A stretch of DNA of 60,126 nucleotides, counting the filler, from Basidiobolus meristosporus CBS 931.73 (taxonomy: Eukaryota > Fungi > Basidiobolomycota): the NCBI GenBank assembly GCA_002104905.1. It is 3 parts of 3 records of this genome, joined end to end, with 100 filler letters (N's around TTAATTAATTAA, not from the genome) between each part and the next. Parts side by side here need not be neighbours in the genome. Positions count along the whole stretch, not along the records: positions 19,344 to 44,042 come from MCFE01000943.1; 2 more parts are not named here. One strand, given 5' to 3'. Below, in pieces: positions 23,979 through 36,000 of this stretch. Under the pieces are notes generated by a model. It was not told the origin of the DNA. It was given only the letters and a program-made list of their open reading frames with translations, and searched no databases. The stretch's first letter is position 1; each line of letters opens with the position of its first letter. Position numbers and translations under genes: made by a program.

Positions 23979-24681
23979 TCAGGCATTCTTTGCTGTTTTT
24001 GCTCTTGAGCATTGAATTAGCAATTTGTCCTTAGCATTAAGGCAAATCCTGTTAAAGGCACTTTGTTCTTTCTTCTGGTACTTTAAGGCTTCCTCTCCCA
24101 TGTTTTTGGAGGGCATTCTTCTCCCATGACAGTATCCCAAAGGCCTCTATCTTGTAGCAGCATCTTCATTTTCACCTTCCACACTTGGTAGTTAAATCCA
24201 TCCAACTTTTCGCAGAGGGAAAAATCCTAGTTATAGCAGTAGTAGACATTGCAGAGAGTGACAGCTTGGGGCTAATAAGCTGTTGTAAGAGTCTTGGGGA
24301 TATTGGAAGTGATTGGGAGAACAAGTAGAATATGTGGTTTTCACTTAATGATGTATTGAATGTAAAAGTAATATCTATACATTTACATGGTCTTGGCATA
24401 ACAAGCACAAAGAATAGCTTTAGGAAGGTTCCAAGAGCATGTATGCAAAGCTTGGGGCTGTTTGAGCAACTTTATGAATTTTCATGTTCTGGGTATCTGA
24501 TATTTTGGCAAATATGTTCCAAGTAAATCCCAACAAAGATTTTGGTCAGTATATTTTAGGATTTGAAGATAATGATCTAAGTGAATAAGTTAGGTGAATA
24601 TATAGGTAGAATTACAGAGGGTAATGATCCAAGTGACTAAGTTAGGTGAGTATTTAGGTGGAATTACAATTTTTTACAACA
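23979..24681 (-). repeat. Tandem second copy of the copia gag 5' end plus 5' LTR (24281-24681), with an internally patched LTR
   Basis: 23980-24280 repeats about 23417-23718. The LTR carries two versions of its 5' end (24617-24681 and 24340-24616). Confidence 0.88.
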
Positions 24682-25229
24682 TTTCATGTATAGCTTTGAC
24701 CAACACAAATATATAGCCTGTTGCTTACTTACCTCCACATATGTGCACATGCATTGCAATTACCACACTTCTCTCACTCAAGTTTATGTCTTCTCAGTGC
24801 AATACTTGCAAAGTAGCCAAATCCTTTAAATTTCTGGTGGCATAAACATCTTCAAGCCTAGGCTGAACTACTACCACTTTTACCATGAATAACCCCTGGG
24901 TATCTGTAAGCTAACATTTGGTACCTAGACATTGTGTTTACTTCCCCTGCAGGATACTAGGCCCCCTTATGGGCACATGCTAATACTTGTTTGTGCATAT
25001 TTCATATTGAAGTATGTGGAGATTAGCTTGTAACCTGGCAAAACCTAGCATGGCTGGGTAAAGAAGCCCTGATAATGACACTTTCTTATTAATTCCAACC
25101 CAACCTTACACATGAAAAATAGCCAGGTATTATTTCCATGCAAAAGGTCCAATAAAGCACTTAAATAATTTAGCTGAAGTAAGGGACAATCAAGTACAGT
25201 ATCTTAGAATTGTCAAAGAGTTCCCAACA

Positions 25230-25620
25230 TATTGGCAGAAAGATTGTGGTCCAATATTGATGTTGGATATAGCAGGACTCTTCTATAAAGGCAGGGGAGT
25301 TAGTTTGCTATGTAGGCAAGGCTTGGCATTCTTGCAAGTGCTAGCTAAGCTAGGCTGGGGCAGAAACTAGAATAGAATTGTGGAATTTGTATTTTTGCTG
25401 AGACACAACCTTAGTTATTATAAGACACACACTAAACCAAAAGGTTCAGTGAGCTCCGTTTATGCTTTTCTGATCAAGCTGAATTAGTAAGCACCAAGAG
25501 ACTGGATTAATTGAAAGCAACTTGGGTGCTGATAGGTGCACTAGATAGATGAAAATTCTATTGTCAATTGGCTGATGTGTTGGCAACTGCTAAGTGATTG
25601 GAGAGATCTCAGAAAACTAA
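25230..25620. repeat. Unclassified repeat family D (second copy at about 36130-36540)
   Basis: Shared blocks such as ggtccaatattg, ctataaaggca, caagagactggattaattgaaa and attggctgatg..ttggcaact at both loci. Confidence 0.65.
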
Positions 25621-25724
25621 TCATTTGGAAAGGCTTGGCTGCTTGGTAGATGACAATGTTGCAAGGTGATCATACCTTATACTGATAAGTTTATCTGCAT
25701 AGCTACTATTGTACACTAATACAT

Positions 25725-28700
25725 CCATATGAAAAATGTTTGTGATGATCCCATCAAAAGGCCATCACAGATTCTAAGTCCTGTGACTAAGAGGCATTGA
25801 TTCCATCAGGACACCATGCTAAAACTGTCAAAAAATAAATGCACTCCAGATGTTGAAAACAACTTGATCAAAATTTTTCAGCATAACAACACAAAAGTGG
25901 CTTTTGAATGGTTTTCTACCAATTTTCTCACTTTCTTATTCTGGACACTCTATCACCCCCTACATTTGTGTGCATTGATTGGCTATTGCCTCTTTTTACA
26001 CTCCTTACTACCTGACTCAACCACTTCTCTTATGATACATGCATATAAATTGATTTATTTCCACTGAAACTTCAGTTGTACCTCCATTGCCAATTGTATT
26101 GACCTATACAAGTCCCTATATCCTCCACTAACATTAAGCCCAACCCTTAACACAACAAGTAACTCCATTAAAATCCACCACTCAATAAGTACTTCTGCTG
26201 CAATGCTCTGTTTCCTCAATATTGGCAGGTACCCTATGGCTTTATGCCATTGCTCATTCACTAGTTCCCATACATCCTGGTCTTCAGCCATCACTGCAAG
26301 GTCTAGCTCCTCATCTGCCAGCCGTTTTACTAGGTCCTTTCAATACTCAAGTGTGTATTCTTGAGCACTGCTCTTGAAGAAGTGCTGCAATCTCTTGGTG
26401 TGCCTATTAATGATTCAAAATCCCACCAAAGGCATTGTGATAACCATTTGAGTCTCTGACGTTGCTACTTTGTCTGTCAGTGGATTTCCACTCTGTCAGC
26501 AATGGAGGATGTGGAGGCTGTGGAGGCTGTGGAGGCTGTGGTAGGCAAAAAGCCTTTCCCTGCAAACTCATCTACCTCACTGAAGCTTAGCCCAACAGGC
26601 TGCACTACCAACTCTTGTGAAAACAGATGTTTTCTTGCTGGAATGCTTCTTGACTATGACAAGATTCAGTCTGATCCAGGCTACAGTGTCAGTTGGAAAG
26701 AACTGCAGCTTTTTCTGACACTGTGGTGGTGTATAGGTCCAAGGGAGATATATCCAACACTTCTCAAGTGTTTTGTGTGCGGGGTGTTCACTGGGTGCAA
26801 TAACCTCTGGCAAAAGCTTGCTGGGAATACTTGGGCTCTGTCTCTAATCTAATGTGATGGGGAATAAAGCCACAAGCTTGTCAAGGGAAAACTATTGAGC
26901 TACAATCCCCAACTTAGTTGGTGCCTTAATAAAAGTTTATAATGGCTTCAATGTCCCTTGAGATGACAGTGTACTAAAGCTTCCAAAGTCTAAACAACTG
27001 TAAACTCCACCAATAAGGACCTGATAAGAATGCAGCTTTGACCAATAGTTACAAAGTCTGTAAAGTATCTTTGCCTGTACAAGAACAAACTTGGCAAAAC
27101 AATCAAATATAATAAAATATATCTACTCTGAGTATTTCTCACAAGTAGTGCCTCCAAGGTCAGTTGGCTGTCACCGTGGTTTCCTGGCAGTATTGTCAGG
27201 TCTGAGTCAGATAGTAGTGGTAATAGGTAGTGGTGATCTCACTAATGAATAAGTTGGAATATTGGAAGAGGGATGATGATATATTGGTGAGGGACTGCCT
27301 CCCTTATATATGTTTCTCACTGGCTAAGTGATTACTAATCATGGTGTTCCCAAAGGTTCCAGATATTGATAGAAATCTTCATGACATCAGAATGACCTAA
27401 GAATGTTCTAAGTAGGTGCTGGAAGGTTCTAAGAGGCACAACACATCCAACCAATCAGGGATTGGTACTCTGAAACCTGTGCAACATAGGGATACCATAT
27501 ATGGTATGGAAATGGTAAGGATGGTGACATGGATTGATCATGTATCATGGGTACTGGTGCAGGTACTTGCCTAATATAGAAGCACTTACTGCTAGTAATC
27601 ATACATAAAGTGGGGGATAACTTATGCAATAAGGTAAGCAGGTGTGATAGTCAACAAGCTTATGGGATAGTACTGATCAGGTAAGACAAATGTGATAAGA
27701 CTAAAATAAATTTTGCAGAGATGTAGGGAAGTAGAAAATATGGGAATGAGCACATCTGCCAGTGGGTGTCACTGTGACCCCACTACAATGCTTCCCTGTC
27801 TCTGGCTTGGGTAGACTTTTTCCCCTTTACCTTTTCCTATATCATTGCAAGGTCTTTCACTGCTACTTGGTCTGAGTACATCTTGCATTGAACTATATTC
27901 TCTCCTTGGTAAATGCTGCTCTTATGTATTTGTTCTGGCCTACATGTCTCTTGCTGACACTCTGTGGGCAACCTGATGCTTCATTCCTGCTTGAGTCAAG
28001 CTCTCAGCCCATGCTGTGATGAGCTCCTAAGGTAGCTGCTTGTTGTTATTGCTGCCAGGTCCTCTACTGCCACTTTAACTGAGTACTTCTTGAGTGGAGC
28101 TATGCTTTTTCCTTGGTAAATGTGGTGCTGATGCATCTGTGTCTGCCTATTTCTTCCTTGTTGGCACTCTTCCAGCTGCCTGATGCCTCTTTGATGCTTT
28201 CCTGGCATACCAATGCTGGCACAAAAACTGTTTGCTTGTTTGAATCCCAGATAATGCTCATGGAGCAAGTCAAGTGCATTCTACTTGGCCTTGGGCTCCA
28301 ATGGTTCCATGGTTTGCTGGTCTTAAGGTGTTGGCATGCTAGACTTCTAACAGCCTCTTGAATATTAGCCCACTCTCCATCATTGCACCCAGCAGCTTCA
28401 AGAATCCTCAATGTCTTTTGACTTTTAGGCTTTGGAAAAAAACAATATTTTCTCCCTCCCATACTGCAATAGATTTCATGTGGGCTTTATCTTTGGGCAA
28501 TATTGTTGTGCTTCAAAGAGTGTACAGTGTTCTCCGCAGCTACATTGGGAAATGGCTCAGCTCTTGTCTGTGACATTGAGCCACTTATATTGTTACCTTC
28601 AAGTCCGTCATGGATGCAATGAGTTGGTGCATGGAGGACAACCAGTAAGAGCTGGAAAATACTGAGGACAGATGTGCACATGAAGAACCCTATGCCTATG

Positions 28701-28996
28701 TCATTAAAAAGCTAAGGAGCCCCAATACATGCATAATTAGTTAAGTAATGCAAAGTTGGGTTGCATGCAACAAGCAACTAATTTTTATTAGGAAAGCTCT
28801 ACCAAGGTATGCCAGATTTAGGATTTATCAACATTATTTGGCTGTAGCATTAGCAAAAGGTCATTGTGATCCCATCACAAGATTGTGTAGATGCTCATTA
28901 ATTCAAAGCTGCTAGTGATATAACAGTCTCCTCATGAGATCCCAATGGCTGATGCAGATTGGATCCACCCACAGGACCAAATTATTTTTCACAGGG
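25725..28996 (+). mobile_element. CMC transposon copy A3, internally deleted non-autonomous derivative with both termini
   Basis: Left end CCATATGAAAAA...gatgatcccatcaaaaggcc; right end ggaccaaattatttttcacaGGG. The accessory-ORF remnant is fused directly to the transposase tail at about 28590. Confidence 0.82.
26722..27787 (-). mobile_element. Solo LTR, family B, inserted in copy A3; 4-bp TSD ACAC/ATGC (ancestral ACGC inferred)
   Basis: Reverse complement is alignable over most of its length to 21999-22973; TGTAGTGGGG...CACCACCACA termini on the minus strand. Confidence 0.88.
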
Positions 28997-28999
28997 TAC

Positions 29000-29135
29000 A
29001 TATTTCTCTTTTAAGTATTTTCCCATTTTCTTAGCCTATATAGTTGGTATTATCCCTATATGATGTTTGTGCTGATTAGTTATTAGCCTTAGTTATCCCA
29101 ATTGCTAGTCAGCTCTGTGCTCACCAGTTGTGTTA
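29000..29135 (+). repeat. Fragment of a family-B-like LTR
   Basis: atatgatgttt..ctgattagt.attagc.ttagtta.ccca matches 34045-34095. Confidence 0.55.
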
Positions 29136-29256
29136 ACATTAGTACTCATGGGTTTAGGAAAATCAGTCAAGGTACTTGATTTTCTAATGGTTTAAACTTG
29201 ACCAAATTTAAATATTGATCCACAATACTACTTCATCTCACAAGTGAAGTTCTCTG

Positions 29257-29905
29257 CTACCTTTTGAGTCCCAATGTAGCTCCAATACTAATCCATAATG
29301 CAACATCATAAGAGTTGGTGTAAGGTTCCTTTGTGTTGTGTTTGGCATCGTGATCTTTCCATTTAACCAAATATAAGCAACTTGATTCATATCCATCAGG
29401 ATCCACATTAGCTGCAGCCTCATAGGATCCAAAGACTATTTGGTCTAGGGATATAAGTTGGAGTGAAGAAGATGGAAAGTTCCTGCATAGCAGTGCTTCA
29501 GTTTTGTCTTGAAGTACATAAGATCCTCCAGTAATGCATCTTACAGTCTTGAATGGGCCTTCATATTTAGGGTCAGGTTTAGATTGTCATAATATATCTA
29601 GTGTCATGATATAAGATCCATCATCCAAGCCGCTGTTCCTGTGTATTGAGGCCTATGTTGAAATCATCTTTTGTTGGAGGCCTTACTTCTGGCACTGATG
29701 GCTGGGTGGACTATGTTGGCAAGGTGCTCAAGTTGGTTCTTTGGCTTCTTTGTCTCCAAATTGGCTAACTCTGTATCCTGGTAGTCTTTAGAGTAGTCAA
29801 GACCTCTCCTAGGCATTAAAGGAAATGACATTAATCAAAGTAGTGCAGCAATTTTGGTATTGATAGTGTACTGTACAGTTGGAATGTACTTATCCCAATT
29901 CCATG
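29257..29905 (-). mobile_element. Ty3/gypsy integrase C-terminus with chromodomain (chromovirus remnant)
   Basis: Minus-strand translation gives WDKYIPTVQYTINTKI, PKYEGPFKTVRCITGGSYVLQDKTEALLCRNFP and YLVKWKDH..KHNTKEP. Cut by the end of copy A2. Confidence 0.8.
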
Positions 29906-30399
29906 CCCTATGAAAAATAATTTGGTCCCATGGGTGGATCTGATCCAGATCAGCAATCATGATCCGGTTTAGAGACCATCATAATACCAGCAGCTTGGAG
30001 TTAGTGACCCTCCTTACTGTCTTATGATGGGATCATTATGGTGTTTTGCTAATTTTACAACCAAATAAAGGAATAAAACTAGACAATATTTGATTGGTGC
30101 TGTGACAATTCTTGCATGGTAATGTTGGGGTCTTTTAGTGCTCTATAACTAGTTAAGTGGATCCTGTTGGCCAGGACATCCATTTGCTGTATATGGCAAG
30201 AAACTTGATGGTATTTTGACAGCCTCACAGCAAGACTCTGATGGCATTACTTTGGCAGTATGACAGCCTACTGCTGGCTCTGTAAAATGCTACCATTCCA
30301 ATTTACCTAATGGTATTTCCTTTTCTACCTCTCCTTATGCAATTCATATACTCCATTGTAGAATCACCCCTCTGTATTTGCATACCCGCTACTACCTTG

Positions 30400-33072
30400 G
30401 GTATTCCACATAAAGTTCAAATCCAAAAAAACTATGGCCACCTGCTTACTAACCTCTACAAACACACACATCTGCCACAATTGACATACTTCTAACACCT
30501 CAACTTTACGGCTTTTTAGTGTGGTACTTGCAAAGTTGCCATATACCTTGTACTGCTGGCAACATATACATCTTGCAAACATATGCTTGGTTGTGGCCAC
30601 TTCTGCCATAAATACCTCCTGAATATCCATAGAGAACCTCTTGGTATTTAGACAATATATTCCTTCTCCCTGCTGAATTCTAGTCCCCCTTATATGTATA
30701 CTCTGGCTGTTGTTTGTGTAAATTCCGTATTGAATGGTGTAGAAGTTGGCTTGTGACCATGAGAAATCTGGCATATCTTGGTAGAGCTTTCCGGATAAAA
30801 TTTAATTGCTTGTTGCACTAAACCCAACTTTGAATTCCTTAACTGATTACCCATGCATTGGGGCTGCTTAGCTTGTTAATGCCATAGGCATAGGTGTCTC
30901 CACAAGCACATTTGTCCTCAGTATTTCCAACTTTTTCTGGCTATCCTCCATATGCCAACTGATCACATCTGTGATGGACTTGAAAGTAGTATTCTTGATG
31001 AGATTGGGATATGGTAGTACCTGCAACTTGACTTGTCTTCCTATCTCCCCACACATGCACTCAACAAGAAACTCCCAAAAGGTGAAGCAAGGCCCAATAT
31101 TCTCCACACACCATGCAAGATGGAGTACAGAATGGATACAGTAGCAGCAGAGATCTACACATTCAGCCTTATGTTTGTAGTATAGCTGCTCAAATCCCAT
31201 CACAAACTCCTCACACAACAGCTGTAGATGTGTCAAGTTGGCATTGGTGATCTGCTTCTGGATAAATATTCCTACAATGTCCATATATGGTTCTCAATGC
31301 TTCCAATATACTTCTTGGTAGGAATAGCTTCAGAAAATCACTTGAATAAATAGATATCCAGTTCATCCAGTCTTTGCATTTGTATTGTTGCATATGTTTA
31401 TGCATATTAATTGGAGCCTGTGAGAAGTACTGAGGGTAGCAGATACTCTGTAATAACTTGCCAATTCTTTCAAATTTCTCTGGTATCTCAAAGGGCTCAT
31501 ATAGCTTAAATGCCCCATTTATAACTTGGTCATTAGTACAGGGATATGGTGGAAAAGCAAATGCATTGCTCCCTGTGGAAGGCTTTTCCTCCAACAGATA
31601 ACCTCTATCTTACGTATCTCCGGTTTCCAATTGATATCATATTGCAGCCAATGGCAAATAGCTTGCCAACTTTGCTGCAATTGCATGCTTACTTCTGTAC
31701 ATTCTCTCTGTGGAAAGATGATATTCTTAGTGCTGGTATTTGGGTAATAATAGTGTGTGTGAGTTATGGAGTAAGTCCCCTGAATCTCACACATTCAACA
31801 GCAATACTTTCCATTGTGCCCATAAAAACCTGCTATCTTGCTGATGGCTGGGGAATCTCTAATGCAGATAGTAATATGTGCTTTTACATGACAGCCACTT
31901 ACAATTATCCTGCTGGAAAGCATACAAAGTTCATCCAGCAATGGATAGAGGTAGCTATCCAAGTTGGACAGTGATTTAGGCCCAGATACCAGTGAGACTA
32001 CCATCAAATTATTGCTCTGAAAGCGTAAGATGGGTGGCACATCCAGATTGATGAGAATCAGTGGCCAGCAGGATTTGCTGGTAGAGTACTTGTTTGATGA
32101 GGATCCATTAAGTACTAAAGCAAAGGCTTGGTCATACATACCTTCAAAGTATCCCTTGTTTCTTAGCTGTTTGTAGTGTTTGCTGTTGAATGTATTGGAT
32201 ATGTTTGCGCTTGATTGGTACTGAGTGTGGTACTGTATAGCTTTGCAATATATGTTGGACTGCATCAACTTCCTCAGACAGGGTATGACTGGAATATATA
32301 CAGAGTGTGAAGAATGTTTCCCCTCAATGGTGGTAGATTCCTGACAATTTGGATGCGGTGCAATGGTAGCATTTTTGGATGTGAATGCCATGCAACTGTT
32401 AATACATGCTGGAATCAGGACAGTCTCTGGATCATATGTTGCCAGCTGCATGACAGTTGTCCACTTGGACCATGTACATGGTAAGTTGCATCCTGGTATG
32501 ATTATGGCAAGAAGTAGTAATAAATCCTCAAAGCCCCCATTATTGATATTAATGGAAACATGCCACTTCTCTAGCTGCAACATTACATCATTCACCAGTA
32601 GACAGATTACTGGGCTCACTTGGCTCCATACAGTATCCTTGGCACTTATTTCAACAAGAGCTGTCTCATTGCATATAGGGATCTGACTGGGCTCATCTAT
32701 GGTGCTGTTGTCAGGGAAGATAGGCTCAAAATCCATCAGTGAAACGTCTTTGTCAGAGCTATCACTCTGCATGCCATATTCAGAAGGCTGAGGTGAGCCT
32801 AAAGGCATCACAAACTCACCCAACTCAGTTTGTGCAAGGTGACAAAGATGGCCAGGTGCCAATGTAGAAGTATCAACTGGCTGGCAAGATAATGATGGTA
32901 CTTTAGTGATCAATGAATGGTCAAATATGACTTGGGTAGCAAAGCACTGGCTGTGATCCTTGTAATACCCCCTATGCTGTCTGCATGCTTCATGGCTGAG
33001 AGGCTTGCCTCAATAGCCACATGGTCTTTCTTCTCTTCTTTTACAGTGTTGATTCAAAGTAGTCTTATCCAT
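30400..33072 (-). pseudogene. Tnp2-family transposase of copy A2, the most complete copy
   Basis: ORF 31795-32913 has CINSCMAF, SCWPLILINLDVPP.LRF, GPKSLSNLDSYLYPLLDEL and RDSPAISKIAGFYGHNGKYCC. Downstream fragments have HSVLHLAWCVENIGPCFTFWEF. The C-terminal end point is approximate. Confidence 0.87.
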
Positions 33073-33426
33073 GGGGCAAACAGTTTGACCTTCAACAACA
33101 TAATGCTGTTATATCACTTTTGGTCAATACACATGTGAACTTAAGACAGTCCTGTATTTGAGACATTGCACCTACATGAATGTAAGATTCAATGATGACC
33201 TGCCATAGTAAGCATTATAAATAAAGTTGTGGCACCACATACACATGATATGTAACTCTATTACCCCTTTGGTTTGACTCACTTCCATATATATTCCACC
33301 AAAAAATAAAGCAAAGTTGTCTGATTCTCAACCAAGCCCCACTGCTGATGGCAACACAAGAACAGCTAGACAACAGCTTACTTTGACATTAAGTGCAACA
33401 AGTGGGGCACATCCAAAAAAGGCCTG

Positions 33427-35230
33427 GTGGACAGTAAGCCCATTGAATGTCAAAATGCAGACTCCTCAGGCTCTCAGTCAAGTAGGCAATTGAGAAACTC
33501 TGCAGAGCCACAAGATGACTATTATGCTCATGCAGATGAGAATGTAGCAAATGCAGCACCCTCAGTTGGAGACCAGCAAGTGGCCATGATAATATCACCA
33601 CCACCCATATTAGCAAGTATGTTGTCAGCTCATACCAAAGCATTAATGAAGCAATTAGGTGCAGTGGCTGATAGGACAGATGCAATGGCCCAGAAAAATC
33701 AGGAAATAGTCCAGAAACTGGATGAGCGGATAATACATGTAGAGCAATCAATGTCCCAGGTAGAGAAAGCAGTATCTTTGCTGCAAAGAAGGAACTCAAG
33801 TAGCTCAATGTCACAGCCAAGAATTGAGCCATTTCCAAATGTAACAGCAGAGGAACACTGTACAGTCTTTGAAGCACAACAACAGTGCCAAAAGTTAAAG
33901 CCTACAGAAAAGCCTATCACAGCGTTGAGGTAGGGTAAACATACCTTCCACAGACAAGTTTATTTGTATAGCCATTATGATATACTTATCCATATTTTAT
34001 CTTATCAGTATTATCCCATTCTTCTTTTGCCCATATTATCAGTATTACCCCCATATGATGTTTACCCTGATTAGTGATTAGCATTAGTTAACCCAGATGT
34101 TATTCAGCTTTGTGATCAATATATGTATCTACATAAGGCAAGTACCTGTGTCACTGCCTGTGACACATGACCTATGTCTGTGTTACCATCCTTACCATTT
34201 CAGTACCATATATGGTATTTCTATGTTGCACAGGTTTCAGACTACTGATTCCTGATTGGTTGGATGTGCTGTGCCTTTTAGAACCTTCCAGGACATTCTT
34301 GGTATATTTTTAGCTCATAGTGATGTCATCAAGAATTCCACTGATGCCTAGAACCTTCTAGAACCTTGGCATTAGTAATCACTTGGCAATCAGGAAAAGT
34401 ATATAAGGGAAAGCAATCCCCCATCAATAAATCATCCCTTCTATCAGTTACACCTCTACCTTATTGATTAGCAGTTGATCACTGCACCTGCCTTCAACAG
34501 TACCTCTCAGACCTGCCATCAAGGAGCTTTTCAGGGTAGTGTACAAGACACACAAAGGCCTTTGGAGACACTTGGAGCACCTAGGAAGCTAGAGAAGCAG
34601 GAGCTTTTACCGTAGTGACATATTGACAAAGACACAAGCAGTTTAGACACAGAGGTTATTGCACCCATCAGACACCTTACACACCTTGAGTTGTGCAGCT
34701 TCTCCCAGCAGTACCTCTACACCACCACAGCGTGGGAGGGAGACAATGTGGTGTTTCTACCAAAGCCTACAAATCAAAAGATGTTGAAGATCCGTGAAGC
34801 TGTTGAGCGCAATAATCAAGAGTGGGCTAATATACAAGAGGCCATCAGAAGTCTAGCATGCTATCACCTTAAGGCTGGCATACCATGGGACTATCAGGAA
34901 CTCAAGGCCAAGCAAAATGCACTTGACTTGTTTTATGAGCATTATCCTGGATCCAAACAGGCAAACAGATTTTAGGCCAGCCTTGATATGCTAAGAGAGT
35001 ATCTTAAGAATAGCAGAAACTATCAAATGCAGAAGATCAAGGGTGCCATGACCAAAAACCAGCGGCTTCTTCAAGTGCCTGTTAGAGGCAGGGCCAAAAG
35101 CTCCAGACAAGCATCAAAGAGATTTCAGGTAGCTGGAAGAGTGCCAATTAGGGACAAGCAGGCAGACACAGATGCACCAGCACAACATTATCAAGGTAAA
35201 ATAGTACTACCACTCAAGAGGCACCCAGTC
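33427..35230 (+). pseudogene. Accessory ORF of copy A2, split by a family-B LTR
   Basis: 33427-33933 and 34734-35230 join in register (KPITA|WEGDNVVFLPKP) and match ORF 5383-6678. Confidence 0.75.
33926..34729 (+). mobile_element. Solo LTR, family B (divergent subfamily); perfect 4-bp TSD GCGT
   Basis: gcgt|TGAGGTAGGG...CACCACCACA|gcgt; gtatataagg and AATAAA near 34400-34432; central block shared with 22290-22520. Confidence 0.87.
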
Positions 35231-35239
35231 AAATTGTGG

Positions 35240-36000
35240 CTGGTGTGAGTGATTCAAAAGAAAATGAGTAGTAAGCAATGCATCATCATTGCTAACTCCA
35301 GTCAATCTCATTTGTCTTTGTAATCTATCACAGAAGTGTTGCACAGATTCACCTGCTTGTATTCTAGCTTTCCATAAGTTATATTTCATATGTGCTTTTT
35401 TGAGAGGATCTTCAGAACAGCTGCAAAAGTGATTTTGGGCAGTTTTCCACATGCTACTGGAGGGAATATATGCTTCAGCCCATTTAGCATTTTGCATTGT
35501 GAAACAGAGAGGCAGAAGTCCGGCTTAATTGGTGTCAGGGCCTAGCAGGGGTGCAGCTAAGATATGACTAAGCTTGTAAAGAAACTCTATAGGGTTCTTT
35601 ATGGCATTGACTTCTTCAGCGTAAAGAAGCAAGGATCTTTAGACAACCACCAGAGCAGGTCTTAAGAGAGATGTACATCTGAAGGATCCAATGGCATGAC
35701 TTCTCAATGGCTGATGTAGAGTAAGGCTTGACAGATTTTCAATGCAGTCAGTTACTCTGGCAACACTCTCCAAAGCTTCTTTGAATATTCCAATTTCATC
35801 CAGATAACCAAATATTACTTCAAGAGGCTCATATCTGGAATGTCTATAAGATCTTGTCTTGGCAAGCTTTGAATGCTCAAGCAAGGTATTTCATTCAAGC
35901 ATGCTGTTTCAAGCTGCTTAGTCAGTTCTTCCTGATTTTTTTGGGCTAACTCTAACATGGAAAGATTTGGATTGTTTACTGCTGAGGGCATCTTGTAAAG
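35240..36000 (-). mobile_element. Ty3/gypsy-type gag remnant
   Basis: WKTAQNHF...AHMKYNLWKARIQAGESVQHFCDRL...HFL fits the retrotransposon gag QxxxESV motif. Boundaries approximate. Confidence 0.6.

Larger units (their letters stand above)
29906..35230 (-). mobile_element. CMC transposon copy A2 (inverted relative to A1, left end missing)
   Basis: Terminus CCCTATGAAAAATAATTTGG at 29906; transposase on the minus strand and accessory ORF on the plus strand, collinear with A1. Confidence 0.88.

Noticed and set aside
24332-24526. Recurrent 64-aa ORF MWFSLNDV... (also 36705-36899 and 46749-47093)
   Set aside because: An incidental reading frame within the LTR; it recurs because the LTR is repeated.
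33918-33925. Apparent 8-bp TSD CACAGCGT suggesting a hAT or tyrosine-recombinase element
   Set aside because: CACA is the element's own conserved end (CACCACCACA in all three copies); the true duplication is 4 bp.
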